Below are positions 37,841 through 49,720 of a stretch of DNA of 64,000 nucleotides, piece after piece. The position numbers and the translations under genes were made by a program. The stretch is taken from contig NIVC01003949.1 in NCBI GenBank assembly GCA_002269645.1, positions 1 to 64,000 on the forward strand. The letters are read 5' to 3'. The notes under the pieces were generated by a model. It was not told the DNA's origin, searched no databases, and saw only the letters and a list, made by a program, of their open reading frames with translations. The DNA comes from Macrostomum lignano (Eukaryota). Numbering within the stretch: the first letter of the stretch is position 1; the number at the start of each line of letters is the position of its first letter.

Positions 37841-38586
37841 CAGAGTGGCACTAAAGCTGCCTATTAGAATGCACCGAACACCTCGCGAAATCGGTTTAGG
37901 TCTAACCGTACGAAGTCACAGTCTTCTTGTCTTCGAAACTGCTCAAGCCTCACATACCCGACCTATATAATTATGCCGTTTAGCTACGGGAAACCTATAT
38001 TTGCATTGAATCTTTCAGTGCTCCACTGTTTGTGTTGAGTTATTATTTAGATCTTCTATTTTTTAAATAAGTGACTCTTAAGGTCTGGCGTCCCCCTCTC
38101 TCTCTGTATATAAACTCATCAACTGTCTTGACTGGCTGCTTTCTCACTGTAGACACAAGGCGTTTTCTTGACAGGTCTGGGTATGCTGTTGGTCTATCTA
38201 AAGCTAATACAATGGCTAGAGTAAACTCTCTCTGGTTTGGCGAATGAGTATAGAAATGCATGATGAGAAGGCATCGCCTACCCTTCACGGTCTTCTTTTT
38301 CTTAGCTATAATTGTGTTTGATCATTTTTTCGGCTATCTCTCTACACTCCAGTTTGCACTGTGGTTGGCTGAAAAGCTCGTGCATTTAATAAAAAACCTC
38401 TACTCTCAATCTGCACCTCTCTCTCTCTCTCTCTCTAAGCTACTCTGCGTAGAGGTATAAAGGCAGTTTTTTTGTTGAAAAAGACCGTTTCAATTATTTA
38501 TATTAGAAAAATAGTATTTATTTAGTATATTTAGATTGAGAAAGACGCGGTCTTACGTGTAGCTCGAGAATTTCTGTTAGCTCAAC

Positions 38587-41500
38587 ATGGTGGTCAGGTC
38601 AGCCTTTGTCTGCCTGGTGATCTTATCATTGAGTATAGGTGAGTCTATCGGTGTCTTATGTTAGACAATTAACGCGTCGCCTGTTAGATAGGGATACAAT
38701 GTACATCACCTGTTATATATGAGTACATTATCTGTTAGACACGCGGCCATCACCTGTCAGGCACACGGCCATCACCTGTTAGACACACTGCTATCACCTG
38801 TTAGACACACTGCCATCACCTGTTAGGCACAGGGCCATCACCTGTTAGACACACGGCCATCACCTGTTAGGCACAGGGCCATCACCTGTTAGACACACGG
38901 CTATCACCTGTTAGGCACACTGCCATCACCTGTTAGACACACGGCCATCACCTGTTAGACACACGGCCATCACCTGTTAGACACACGGCTATCACCTGTT
39001 AAACACACGGCCATCACCTGTTAGACACACGGCTATCACCTGTTAAACACACGGCCATCACCTGTTAGGCACACGGCCATCACCTGTTCGGCACACGGCC
39101 ATCACCTGTTAGACACACGGCCATCACCTGTTAGACACACGGCCATCACCTGTTAGACACACGGCCATCACCTGTTAGGCACACTGCTATCACCTGTTAG
39201 ACACACGGCCATCACCTGTTAGACACACACTGCCATCACCTGTTAGGCACAGGGCCATCACCTGTTAGACACACGGCCATCACCTGTTAGGCACACGGCC
39301 ATCACCTGTTAGACACACGGCCATCACCTGTTAGGCACACTGCTATCACCTGTTAGACACACGGCCATCACCTGTTAGACACACACTGCCATCACCTGTT
39401 AGGCACAGGGCCATCACCTGTTAGACACACGGCCATCACCTGTTAGGCACACGGCCATCACCTGTTAGGCACACTGCTATCACCTGTTAGACACACGGCC
39501 ATCACCTATTAGACGCACCACCATCAGCTGTTAGGCACACGGCCCGCACCTGTTAGACAAGTTCAACCTTTATTACCGAAATTCCCTCCGCTAATCCCAG
39601 TCACCATGACAACAGCCGCCTCCGCCTGCGGTGGCTACCGCGAAGGCCTCAACACCGGCCAGTCGTTCACCCTGACCTCGCCGAATTATCCCAGCAACTA
39701 CGATAGAAATCAGCGCTGCATTTGGCTGTTTGCAGCCAAGAATGGCACCGGATTTCGTATTAATGTCACTTCAGTCAGTTTAGAGGGCACCGGCAACAAC
39801 AGCACCGGCTGCAGAGACTACTTGCAGATCACGGATGGCAGCTCGGTGGCCACTGAGCTGGCCTACCTGTGCCAGGTGGGTGTCTTTGCATATTTGATTT
39901 CATATATAGAATTTAAAGGCTTCCAGTGAGATTTCTTTAGATTGGTAATTTTCTTAGTTTTAAGAGGCGTCATGGATTTTATGGTGTTCCATGGTTTTCT
40001 GCATGTAAATGTACATGACTAAATTTCTAAATGTACTCGGGTGTGGGGACGAAGCCAAGAGTTATTATTACCAACATTATTGGTGTTGTCAGCGCTCATT
40101 TTAGCGCCTCAGGCACTCATTTTGGGGCCTCAGGCTCTCATTTTGGTGCCTCAGACTTTCATTTTGACACCATTTTAGTGCCATTTTGGTTCCACTAACT
40201 ACCGCAAACATTTTCAGGTGTCGAGTCCGTTACTATTAACAGCTAATCGTGTCTACCTGTGGGTGAAATTTCAAAGCAATCACCAAATCCAAGGCGCAGG
40301 ATTTCAGATGACAGTAACTACAGTGACTGACATCACTTCTGTTAGCAACAGCACGCCTGTAAAATGTGCGTTGGAGATTAAAATCCCCTTTTCTAAGCTT
40401 AGTTGTAATTAAAATCCCATTACCTATCCCCAATTAGGATTGAAACGAAATCCCATAACATATTACAAAATAGGATTGAAATCCCATCACATGTACCTAT
40501 TCCCAATTAGGATCAAAATCCCATTACCTATCCCCAATTAGGATCGAAATCCCATCACATGTACCTATTCCCAATTAGGATCAAAATCCCATTACCTATC
40601 CCCAATTAGGATCGAAATCCCATCACATGTACCTATTCCCAATTAGGATCAAAATCCCATTACCTATTCCCAATTAGGATAAAAAATCCCATTACCTATT
40701 CCCAATGAAGATCAAAATCCCATTTCCTATCCCCAATTAGGGTCAAAATTCCATTACCAATTCCTAATTAGGATCAAAATCCTAGTACCTATTTTTCAAT
40801 TAGGATTAAAATCCCATTACCTATCCACAGTTAGGATCAAAATCCCATTACCTATAGGATCAAAATCCCATTAGCTATAGGATCAAAATCCCATTACCTA
40901 TAGGATCAAAATCCCATTACCTATTCCCATGAAGATCAAAATCCCATTGCCTATTACCAATTAAGAAGCATAATCCATTTTTTCCTAAACTGGGATAAAA
41001 ATCCCCATGTACACGTATGCATCGAATCAACATCGAGTTATCCCCTAACCGCAGCATGTAAAAATAGGTACACCTGTCCGAACAAGGAGTGCGTTTATCA
41101 GGGCAGTCTGTGCGACAACATCAACGACTGCGGCTGCGATGACTATGGTTGCGACGAGACCAAATGTTGGAAATTCGAATTTCTTAACGGTGAAGAACTG
41201 ATGGGAGTTTTACTGATTCACTAGGATCAATTGGGATTCAGATCCCCATAATATCAATAATTGGGATTCAGATCCCCATAATCTCAAACAATAGGGATTT
41301 AGATCCCCATAATCTCAAACAATTGGGATTCAGATCCCCATAATGTCAAACAATTGGGATTTAGATCCCCATAATGTCAAACAATTGGGATTTAGATCCC
41401 CATTTTCTCAACAATTGGGATTCAGATCCCCATTTTCTCAACAATTGGGATTCAGATCCCCATAATCTCAAACAATTGGGATTCAGATCCCCATAATGTC

Positions 41501-43593
41501 AACAATTGGGATTCAGATCCCCATTTTCTCAACAATTGGGATTTAGATCCCCATTTTCTCAAACAATTGGGATTTAGATCCCCATAATCTCAAACAATTG
41601 GGATTCAGATCCCCATAATGTCAAACAATTGGGATTTAGATCCCCATTTTCTCAACAATTGGGATTCAGATCCCCATAATCTCAAACAATTGGGATTTAG
41701 ATCCCCATAATGTCAAACAATTGGGATTTAGATCCCCATAATGTCAAACAATTGGGATTTAGATCCCCATTTTCTCAACAATTGGGATTCAGATCCCCAT
41801 TTTCTCAACAATTGGGATTCAGATCCCCATAATCTCAAACAATTGGGATTCAGATCCCCATAATGTCAACAATTGGGATTCAGATCCCCATTTTCTCAAC
41901 AATTGGGATTTAGATCCCCATAATCTCAAACAATTGGGATTCAGATCCCCATAATGTCAACAATTGGGATTTAGATCCCCATAATGTCAACAATTGGGAT
42001 TTAGATCCCCATAATGTCAAACAATTGGGATTTAGATCCCCATAATCTCAAACAATTGGGATTCAGATCCCCATAATGTCAACAATTGGGATTTAGATCC
42101 CCATAATGTCAACAATTGGGATTTAGATCCCCATAATGTCAAACAATTGGGATTCAGATCCCCATAATGTCAACAATTGGGATTCAGATCCCCATTTTCT
42201 CAACAATTGGGATTCAGATCCCCATAATCTCAAACAATTGGGATTCAGATCCCCATAATCTCAACAATTGGGATTTAGATCCCCATTTTCTCAACAATTG
42301 GGATTCAGATCCCCATAATGTCAAACAATTGGGATTCAGATCCTATACTGACTGCAAAGATTCAAAATCTCCCCTTCACAATGGGGATAAATATCCCACT
42401 TTCCTATATTCTTTTCGTCGCAGACCCGTCGGTTGTGTGGGGCCTTGGCATGGGCATCGGCCTGACGCTTTCCATCGCAGTGTTCATCATCTGCGGCTTC
42501 GTCGAGATGCCGGAGCGCAAAAGGCCCGAGTGCATGCGACGGAGGGAGAACCAAACTGGAGGCTGCCTGGGCAGGTGCGGCGCCAAGAACAAGGTGCAGC
42601 AGCAGGCACCCGAGGACGCTTTCATGGCCATGATGAAAAGGATGACCGCTGGGAAATCCCTGCAGTGGTGAGGAAAAGGAATTTTATAGCGTGTCTAACA
42701 GATTACATTGTTCATGTCTAACAGGTTGCATTATCCATGTCTAACAGGTTACATTATCCATGTCTAACAGGTTACATTATCCATGTCTAACAGGTTACAT
42801 TATCCATGTCTAACAGGTTACATTATCCATGTCTAACAGGTTGCATTATCCATGTCTAACAGGTTGCATTATCCATGTATAACAGGTTACATTATCCATG
42901 TCTAACAGGTTGCATTATCCATGTCTAACAGGTTGCATTATCCATGTATAGCAGGTTACATTATCCATGTCTAACAGGTTACATTATCCATGTCTAACAG
43001 GTTACATTATCCGTGTCTAACAGGTTACATTATCCGTGTCTAACAGGTGACATTATCCATATCGAACAGTTCAAGGGGCCGCAAGATAAGCACTGTAGGA
43101 TAAGCGCTGTAGGATAAGCGCCACAGGATAAGCGCCACAAGATAAGTGCCACAGGATAAGCGCCACAGGATAAGCGCCACAGGATAAGCGCCACAGGATA
43201 AGCGCCACATGATAAGCGCCACAGGATAAGCGCCACAGGATAAGCGCCACAGGATAAGCGCCACAGGATAAGTGCCACAGGATAAGCGCCAAACTGTATT
43301 CCGAACAACCGCAACCCTTGCGCAGGGAGGGCGCAGATTCGGACGAGTCCACCACTCGAAGCAGCAGTCGCGCCGACGTCTCCCGCCGGAGCTCCGTGTC
43401 GGTCGGCAGCGCCCTCGGCAGCCGACGCTCTTCGGTGTACGCGCCAACCTACGGCAACACGCTTAGCCCGAATTATTCAGCGCCAAGACCGGCGGCGTCG
43501 CCGACGACGGCGGCTGCCAACGCAGCGCCGCAGACGGAGCAGAAACCGCCGGGACCGGTGACCTTGGCCGTGCCGAAAGTGAGCTCAACTTGA
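38587..43593 (+). CDS. Signal peptide-CUB-LDLa-TM type I membrane protein (~373 aa; MIG-13/LRP12/NETO-like architecture); exons 38587-38638, 39601-39875, 40218-40365, 41055-41189, 42424-42667, 43326-43593
   Basis: SP MVVRSAFVCLVILSLSI. CUB TSPNYPSNY...CIW...CRDYLQI...FQSN...GAGF. LDLa CPNKEC...LCDNINDC...DE. TM WGLGMGIGLTLSIAVFIICGFV. All junctions GT-AG and phase-consistent (exon 3 donor least certain). Confidence 0.85.
38735..39560. repeat. 22-bp minisatellite, CTAACAGGT-core family, CUB gene intron 1
   Basis: Unit CACCTGTTAGACACACGGCCAT, ~37 copies. Confidence 0.95.
39963..40190 (+). mobile_element. Degenerate copy of the 21-bp-satellite-carrying hAT-like element
   Basis: Shares CATGGATTTTATGGTG, CATGACTAAATT and GTTGTCAGCGCTCATTTT with 56392-56520, followed by ~4 decayed units. 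Confidence 0.7.
40405..40975. repeat. ~31-bp minisatellite, CUB gene intron 3
   Basis: Unit GGATCAAAATCCCATTACCTATCCCCAATTA with length variants. Confidence 0.92.
41228..42345. repeat. 30/31-bp minisatellite (~36 copies), CUB gene intron 4
   Basis: Unit ATTGGGATTCAGATCCCCATAATCTCAAACA, containing a GGGAT-TCAG-ATCCC hairpin. Confidence 0.95.
42712..43060. repeat. 23-bp minisatellite, CTAACAGGT-core family, CUB gene intron 5
   Basis: Unit CTAACAGGTTACATTATCCATGT, ~15 copies. Confidence 0.95.
43095..43290. repeat. 14-bp minisatellite, CUB gene intron 5
   Basis: Unit CAGGATAAGCGCCA, ~14 copies. Confidence 0.95.
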
Positions 43594-44269
43594 GCTACTG
43601 GTGCTCAGCTGAGCAGCCTTGCTTTTGTTTTATTTGTAGATTCTTTGTTGGATATTAATAAAAATAGTAGTCTTTGTTTGAGTATAGATGTCTTTGAGTA
43701 CATGTGTCTTTGTCTGAGTACAGGTGTCTTTGTCTGAGTACAGGTGTCTTTGAGTACAGGTGTCTTTGAGTACACGTGTCTTTGTTTGAGTACGGGTTTC
43801 ATCGCTTTCAAGTTTTTATTACTCTTGAAAATCGACAGACTTCAACCCTATTTCTATTTTCAATCAACACTTCTTAAATGCTTTTTTAAAGCTTAAACTA
43901 TACATTTAAGCTGTTACGTAGCTTAGTGAAAAAGCTGTTTTTCTGTACACAAGAGAATTTGTCTACCTGCAAATTACCTATCTTGCATAAAGAGAGCTCC
44001 TGGATTGACTGAATGATTTGTTTTTTATATTAAAAAGTAATTTTTTTACCTGTCATTTTTTATTTTAAGCACTTCATAGGCTTATGGTGGCATAAGTAGA
44101 CCAAGACAACCCAACTTACATACATCGAGATATTATTCGCTACCTATCTAGAGACTTTCTTACACGTCTAGAGACCATTAATCTAGATCTAGAGAACTGG
44201 ACAATTACCTAAATGCTGTAGAACCAATCTATAAGACCCACCTGGAGCACCCCAGGAAATTAACAGTCA

Positions 44270-44800
44270 CTGATCTAGAAACCCTGTCACTGATCTAGAG
44301 ACCCTGTCACTGATCTAGAGACCCTGTCACTGATCTAGAGACCCTTTCACTGATCTAGAGACCCTGTCACTGATCTAGAGACCCTGTCACTGATCTAGAG
44401 ACCCTGTCACTGATCTAGAGACCCTGTCACTGATCTAGAGAACCTGTCACTGATCTAGAGACCCTGTCACTGATCTAGAGACCCTGTCACTGATCTAGAG
44501 ACCCTGTCACTGATTTAGAGACCCTGTCACTGATCTAGAGACCCTAAGTCACTGATCTATATATCCTGTCACTGATCTAGAGACCCTAAGTCACGGATCT
44601 ATATATCCTGTCACTGATCTATAGACCCTGTCACTGATCTATAGACCCTGTCACTGATCTATATATCCTTTCACTGATCTATAGACCCTGTCACTGATCT
44701 AGAGACCCTAAGTCACGGATCTATACATCCTGTCACTGATCTATAGACCCTGTCACTGATCTATAGACCCTGTCACTAATTTACAGACCGTCACTGATCT
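44270..44800. repeat. 20-bp minisatellite
   Basis: Unit CCCTGTCACTGATCTAGAGA, ~26 copies. Confidence 0.95.
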
Positions 44801-45520
44801 TTAGACATCTCGATAGACATCTAGAGACCCTACATTTCGCTCGTATGTACCATCATTGCTTTCACAAAGCAATATCTTTGCCTCTGTCAACAGAAAGCCA
44901 GATGCAGGAAAGTCTTCCTTCCACTAATTGGCGCAGCTGTGTTCAGCGCTATGCCAAAAATAGACAGACAGATGGCCCTCCTGTCAACGGCAAAAGAGAA
45001 AAAGTATAATTCATAACTTATGGGTCCGCTGCAGTTGCAGTTTCTTTTTTGCAAAAGAAACCGAAAGTGTGTAACAAAAAGACAGTCGGTCACGGGAGGC
45101 TAAAAGTACACGGGGCAGTAACCTCTGCAGAACAGCTGTCGTAGGAGTGAAGGTCGGTTAGATCCTAATCGCACCTCTGCCAGCAAAGAACAGAAAATCT
45201 TCTTTTCGAAGAAACTGTCGATCAACCGGAAAAGCTCCTGTCTTCTGGAGTCTGTTGGCGGGCTGCTTTGGTTAGAAGAAATACTCACTTGGTAAAGACA
45301 GTCCGGCTCTCTCGGGATTAAAGTGAGTTACTCGTAGTGGGTAGCCAGTCCAGCCTATCGATTTATCTGCCACTGGCTGGTCTGGCTTCAAATAATTCTC
45401 CCGGGGCCTGCCAACCAACTGCCGAGCGACAGATTTCCAGCTGTCTACCAGTGAGACTCTCGTGTTAAAACATCAAAGTCCAGAGGTCGGCAAACTCCCT
45501 TGATTCGATTCCGACGCGCT

Positions 45521-45561
45521 GACTGACTGACTAACTAACTAACTGACTAACTGACTAACTG

Positions 45562-45592
<31 letters not shown>

Positions 45593-45653
45593 GACTAACT
45601 AACTAACTGACTAACTGACTAACTGACTAACTAACTAACTAACTAACTAACTG

Positions 45654-45700
<47 letters not shown>

Positions 45701-45713
45701 GACTAACTAACTG

Positions 45714-45756
<43 letters not shown>

Positions 45757-45817
45757 GACTAACTAACTGACTAACTAACTAACTAACTGACTAACTAACT
45801 AACTAACTAACTAACTG

Positions 45818-45861
<44 letters not shown>

Positions 45862-45897
45862 CCTAACTAACAAACTAACTAACTAACTAACTAACTG

Positions 45898-45940
<43 letters not shown>

Positions 45941-45953
45941 GACTAACTAACTG

Positions 45954-46004
<51 letters not shown>

Positions 46005-46065
46005 GACTAACTAACTGACTAACTAACTAACTAACTGACTAACTAACTAACTAACTAACTAACTG

Positions 46066-46097
<32 letters not shown>

Positions 46098-46098
46098 C

Positions 46099-46132
<34 letters not shown>

Positions 46133-46154
46133 GACTAACTAACTGACTAACTAG

Positions 46155-46188
<34 letters not shown>

Positions 46189-46189
46189 G

Positions 46190-46224
<35 letters not shown>

Positions 46225-46390
46225 GTCTTACTAACTAACTAACTAACTAAGTGACTAACTAACTAAATAAATAAATAATTAACTAACTAACTAACTAACT
46301 GACTAACTAAAATAACTAACTAACTAACTGTCTTACTAACTAACTAACTAACTAACTGACTGTCTAACTAACAAATTAACTAACTTAGTT
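45521..46390. repeat. (TAAC)n microsatellite, ~870 bp
   Basis: CTAA repeats interspersed with CTGA. Confidence 0.97.
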
Positions 46391-47504
46391 ACTAGCACAC
46401 TGTGAAAATTAACTTTCAATTAAATGTGCACTTCTCAATAAAGATTGTTCAGAAAAATAAACAAACCACCTGTCTGTCTGCCTCTCCATCGTGAGACTGT
46501 GGGTTTTGCCGCTCAATTGGTGTGGGAAAATTCAGTGGATCAATAACTCTTGCATAAGCAAACAGAATCCCGTAGTGTAAACCCTTTATTAGCATCGATT
46601 CTCAAGGCCCAGGGAGTGAACTGATTAGGAAGATTGCCATAGCAGTGGCATTGCCCAATCCGCTTGTAATCAGTTTAAAATCGACATTCTGTAGGAATAT
46701 TGTGTAAAACTTTGATGCATAGTGCTTATAACATAAATATTATACTAGTGCATAGTAGCAGAGCAGTAGACTTGCTCGCAAATTGTGTCGGAAACAGAAC
46801 GAGGTCAGACGGGAGAGAGTGAAGGCGAGGGAGAGGATCGAGAAGGGAGAGAGAGAGTTAAGGAGCGAGGAGTGAGTGAGAGGCGAAGGCAGCTGCTGCC
46901 TCTGCTGGGTAGTTTCTGGACCTTGGCCAATAAAATCGAAGCCCCACATGGCCAGCCAGAGAGCCTCAATACCCAGGCTTCCCACCCAAGGACCCGCTGA
47001 TCCCGAATGCTTGGCCCTCTCGGTTTCGTTCGCCTCCGTTTCTAACTCTCGTCCTCCCTCTCTCCCCCTTCTATTTCCCCTCTCACTTCAGTCTCTGCCA
47101 GTCTTAAAGCTCTGTCGTTCAAAATTGTTCAATCCTTGACAGTTGGGGAACCTCGTTGTCCCCCAGTTAATTCCCTCAACTCCCCTCTCTACTCCCTTTG
47201 CTTCTTAGCCAAGGGTTCAAGAAATAGGACACCAAAAAAATCCGAGGCAAAACTCAAACTTCACTTGTTTTTGTTCGACCAGATCGGAAAGGTAAGGCGA
47301 ATCATGGCTGATGGATTTCTGGCTTGTAGTTGTAGGTGATGTAGGTGATAATGATTATTTGGGCCAAGCCCCAAGGCAGAGACCTTTTTATAGGAACCCG
47401 ACTTTTATTACTTTCATTATTAATCAGACTTTTATCAGGCACCTGACTTTTATTACTTAATTTGGCACCAAAAGCAGCTGGCATCAGCTGCTTTGCATGA
47501 ATGC

Positions 47505-47893
47505 ATTTTACTGCAGGGTGACAAAACATAGCGCCTGCGGCGCTAAAATGAGCGCCTGCGGCGCTAAAATGAGTGCCTGCGGCGCTAAAATGAGTGCCTG
47601 CGGCGCTGAAATGAATGCCTGCGGCGCTAAAATGAGTGCCTGCGGCGCTAAAATGAGTGCCTGCGGCGCTAAAATGAGTGACTGCGGCGCTAAAATGAGT
47701 GCCTGCGGCGCCAAAATGAGTGCCTGCGGGGCTAAAATGAGTGCCTGCGGGGCTAAAATGGGTGCTGACAACACCGGTTCTAAAAGTAATTGGTACATGA
47801 TAATTTTTATAAAAAAATGGAAAAATCTAACTCGACAGGGGGCCGCCACTGAACCTGCCCCCCCCCCAAATTTTTGAAACGTTCCTACGCCTG
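47505..47893 (-). mobile_element. hAT-like MITE fragment carrying 11 units of the 21-bp satellite
   Basis: Minus-strand end CAGGCGTAGGAAC...G-run. Both array junctions match those of the 56392-58464 element. The other end is missing. Confidence 0.65.
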
Positions 47894-48002
47894 TCTCAAA
47901 ATACGAGTAGGATGTCCTGAAGAGATGGAGTATCAGAGTTTCTTTATTCAGTAACGATCCTCACTGTCTCCTCTCTGGATTTCAACAGTCAGTCGGAGAG
48001 AC

Positions 48003-48740
48003 ATGCCAGGCTACGACGCTCTGAACACGCAGACAGCCCCAAGCAAGTCGGTGTTCGACAGTCAGCAACTGTCCAGACCGGCTGCCTACCGGCACTGCGG
48101 CCGCGCCAGCCTCATTATCGGCATTGTCTGCATCCTGGCCGAGGTGTCCGTGTTCGTGCTCAAACGCGGCCTCACCACACTGGGCGTGGGCATCTGGACT
48201 GGAGCGACATTTGTAATGTTCGGCGCAGCGAGCATGGCGGTGCCAAAAACTCGGAGCGTCTGCAGCGTCAACACCTGCTTCGCCATGGCCCTGTGCTCCA
48301 TGGCCATCTGCGTACTCGGCGTCCTGGCCTGCATAGTCCACATCCTGATGCTGCACTCCATCCTGCAGTACAATTACACTCCGCGGCCGAATTTTGAGTT
48401 GACCTGTGAAATCTGCGGCCTGGCAATCATCATGAAGGAAGTTGGTCAGGTGGTGCTGCTGCTGGCTCAGTTCCTCGTCTCCCTGGCGCTGCTGTACTTC
48501 GCTTACACCGACTGCTTGTGCTGCCGGGCCACCGAGACTGAGGTCATCATGCAGGGCGGCTCGGGCCCGGCAAAACCTGCAGCTGCCCCTGCGGTCCCGG
48601 GTTCGATCGCTGTGAACATGCAGGCCATGCAGGGCTCGACGAATCATCAGTCCAGCCAGGGTGGCAACGTGTTCTCTCAGCTGGCCTCGGCCAGAATCGG
48701 CGGAGCCAGCGCCTCCGGCCCCATGCTGTACGAACTCTGA
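48003..48740 (+). CDS. MS4A/CD20-like four-transmembrane protein, 245 aa, single coding exon
   Basis: Four hydrophobic segments, GIWTGATFVMFG in TM2, a CLCC after TM4, GC-rich coding-like composition, and an acceptor 14 nt upstream of the ATG. Confidence 0.8.
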   Translation: MPGYDALNTQTAPSKSVFDSQQLSRPAAYRHCGRASLIIGIVCILAEVSVFVLKRGLTTLGVGIWTGATFVMFGAASMAVPKTRSVCSVNTCFAMALCSMAICVLGVLACIVHILMLHSILQYNYTPRPNFELTCEICGLAIIMKEVGQVVLLLAQFLVSLALLYFAYTDCLCCRATETEVIMQGGSGPAKPAAAPAVPGSIAVNMQAMQGSTNHQSSQGGNVFSQLASARIGGASASGPMLYEL

Positions 48741-49264
48741 TGTGAATTTTGTGAGCTGAATTTCGTGTTTTACTGCTGTTAATTATTAGTTAATAACTGA
48801 AATGCATTGTACATACGCATACGACTTTAGTGGATCGTATTTTTTAAGATCAGTTATCTTCTTAAATGCAAATCTGAACTCTAAATTGAACTTGAAGAAT
48901 GGCAATTTTTAAGAAGAAAGAATTTTTAAAGCTAATTTTCTTGCTGTTTTTCTTCTTGTTACAAAAAGAATCAATTATTATTTATTATTCACCTCAGACG
49001 TATCTTAGCACACGACTGCTCTTGCCCAGAAAATTGCTTCTTGAAAGATTTTTTTCACTATCTCTTCAACCAAGTGTTTTTTATGCGTATTTGTCATACA
49101 AGCACAAGAAAACACTGGAGCAGACGGAGAACCTTAAAGTAATTTCTGCGTGTTTTGTTTTAATTTTATTTTGAAGTGAGTCGTTCGTTTCTTTAATTGG
49201 TTTATTTAAAAGGAGGAGTGTGAGACTGTAAGACTACAAGAGTCTAACAGAGGCTATTAAAGAG

Positions 49265-49720
49265 TCAGACACTGCTTGAGAAATGACGAGAGGGTCAGAC
49301 ACTGCATGAGAAATTATGAGAGGGTCAGACACTGCATGAGAAATTATGAGAGGGTCAGACACTGCATGAGAAATTATGAGAGGGTCAGACACTGCATGAG
49401 AAATTATGAGAGGGTCAGACACTGCATGAGAAATTATGAGAGGGTCAGACACTGCATGAGAAATTATGAGAGGGTCAGACACTGCATGAGAAATTATGAG
49501 AGGGTCAGACACTGCATGAGAAATTATGAGAGGGTCAGACACTGCATGAAAAATTATGAGAGGGTCAGACACTGCATGAGAAATTATGAGAGGGTCAGAC
49601 ACTGCTTGAGAAATGATGAGAGAGTCACACACTGCTTGAGAAATGATGAGAGAGTCACACACTGCTTGAGAAATGACCAGAGAGTCAGACACTGCTTGAG
49701 AGATGACCAGAGAGTCAGAC
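49265..49720. repeat. 30-bp minisatellite (~15 copies)
   Basis: Unit GAGAGGGTCAGACACTGCATGAGAAATTAT. Confidence 0.95.

Noticed and set aside
36477-37970. Long Pro/Ser/Gln-rich ORFs in three frames
   Set aside because: They are translations of the 28-bp minisatellite, and the same peptides recur at 59.4 and 62.3 kb.
38260-38460. Hydrophobic ORF as the first exon of the CUB gene
   Set aside because: The exon at 38587-38638 gives a better signal peptide with a perfect GTGAGT donor in the correct phase.
45290-45520. Coding exon between (TAAC)n and a GTGAGT donor on the minus strand
   Set aside because: All three minus frames contain stops; a non-coding exon cannot be excluded.
45521-46390. Telomeric repeat
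   Set aside because: A tetranucleotide TAAC unit, not TTAGGG or TTAGG, and internal to the sequence.
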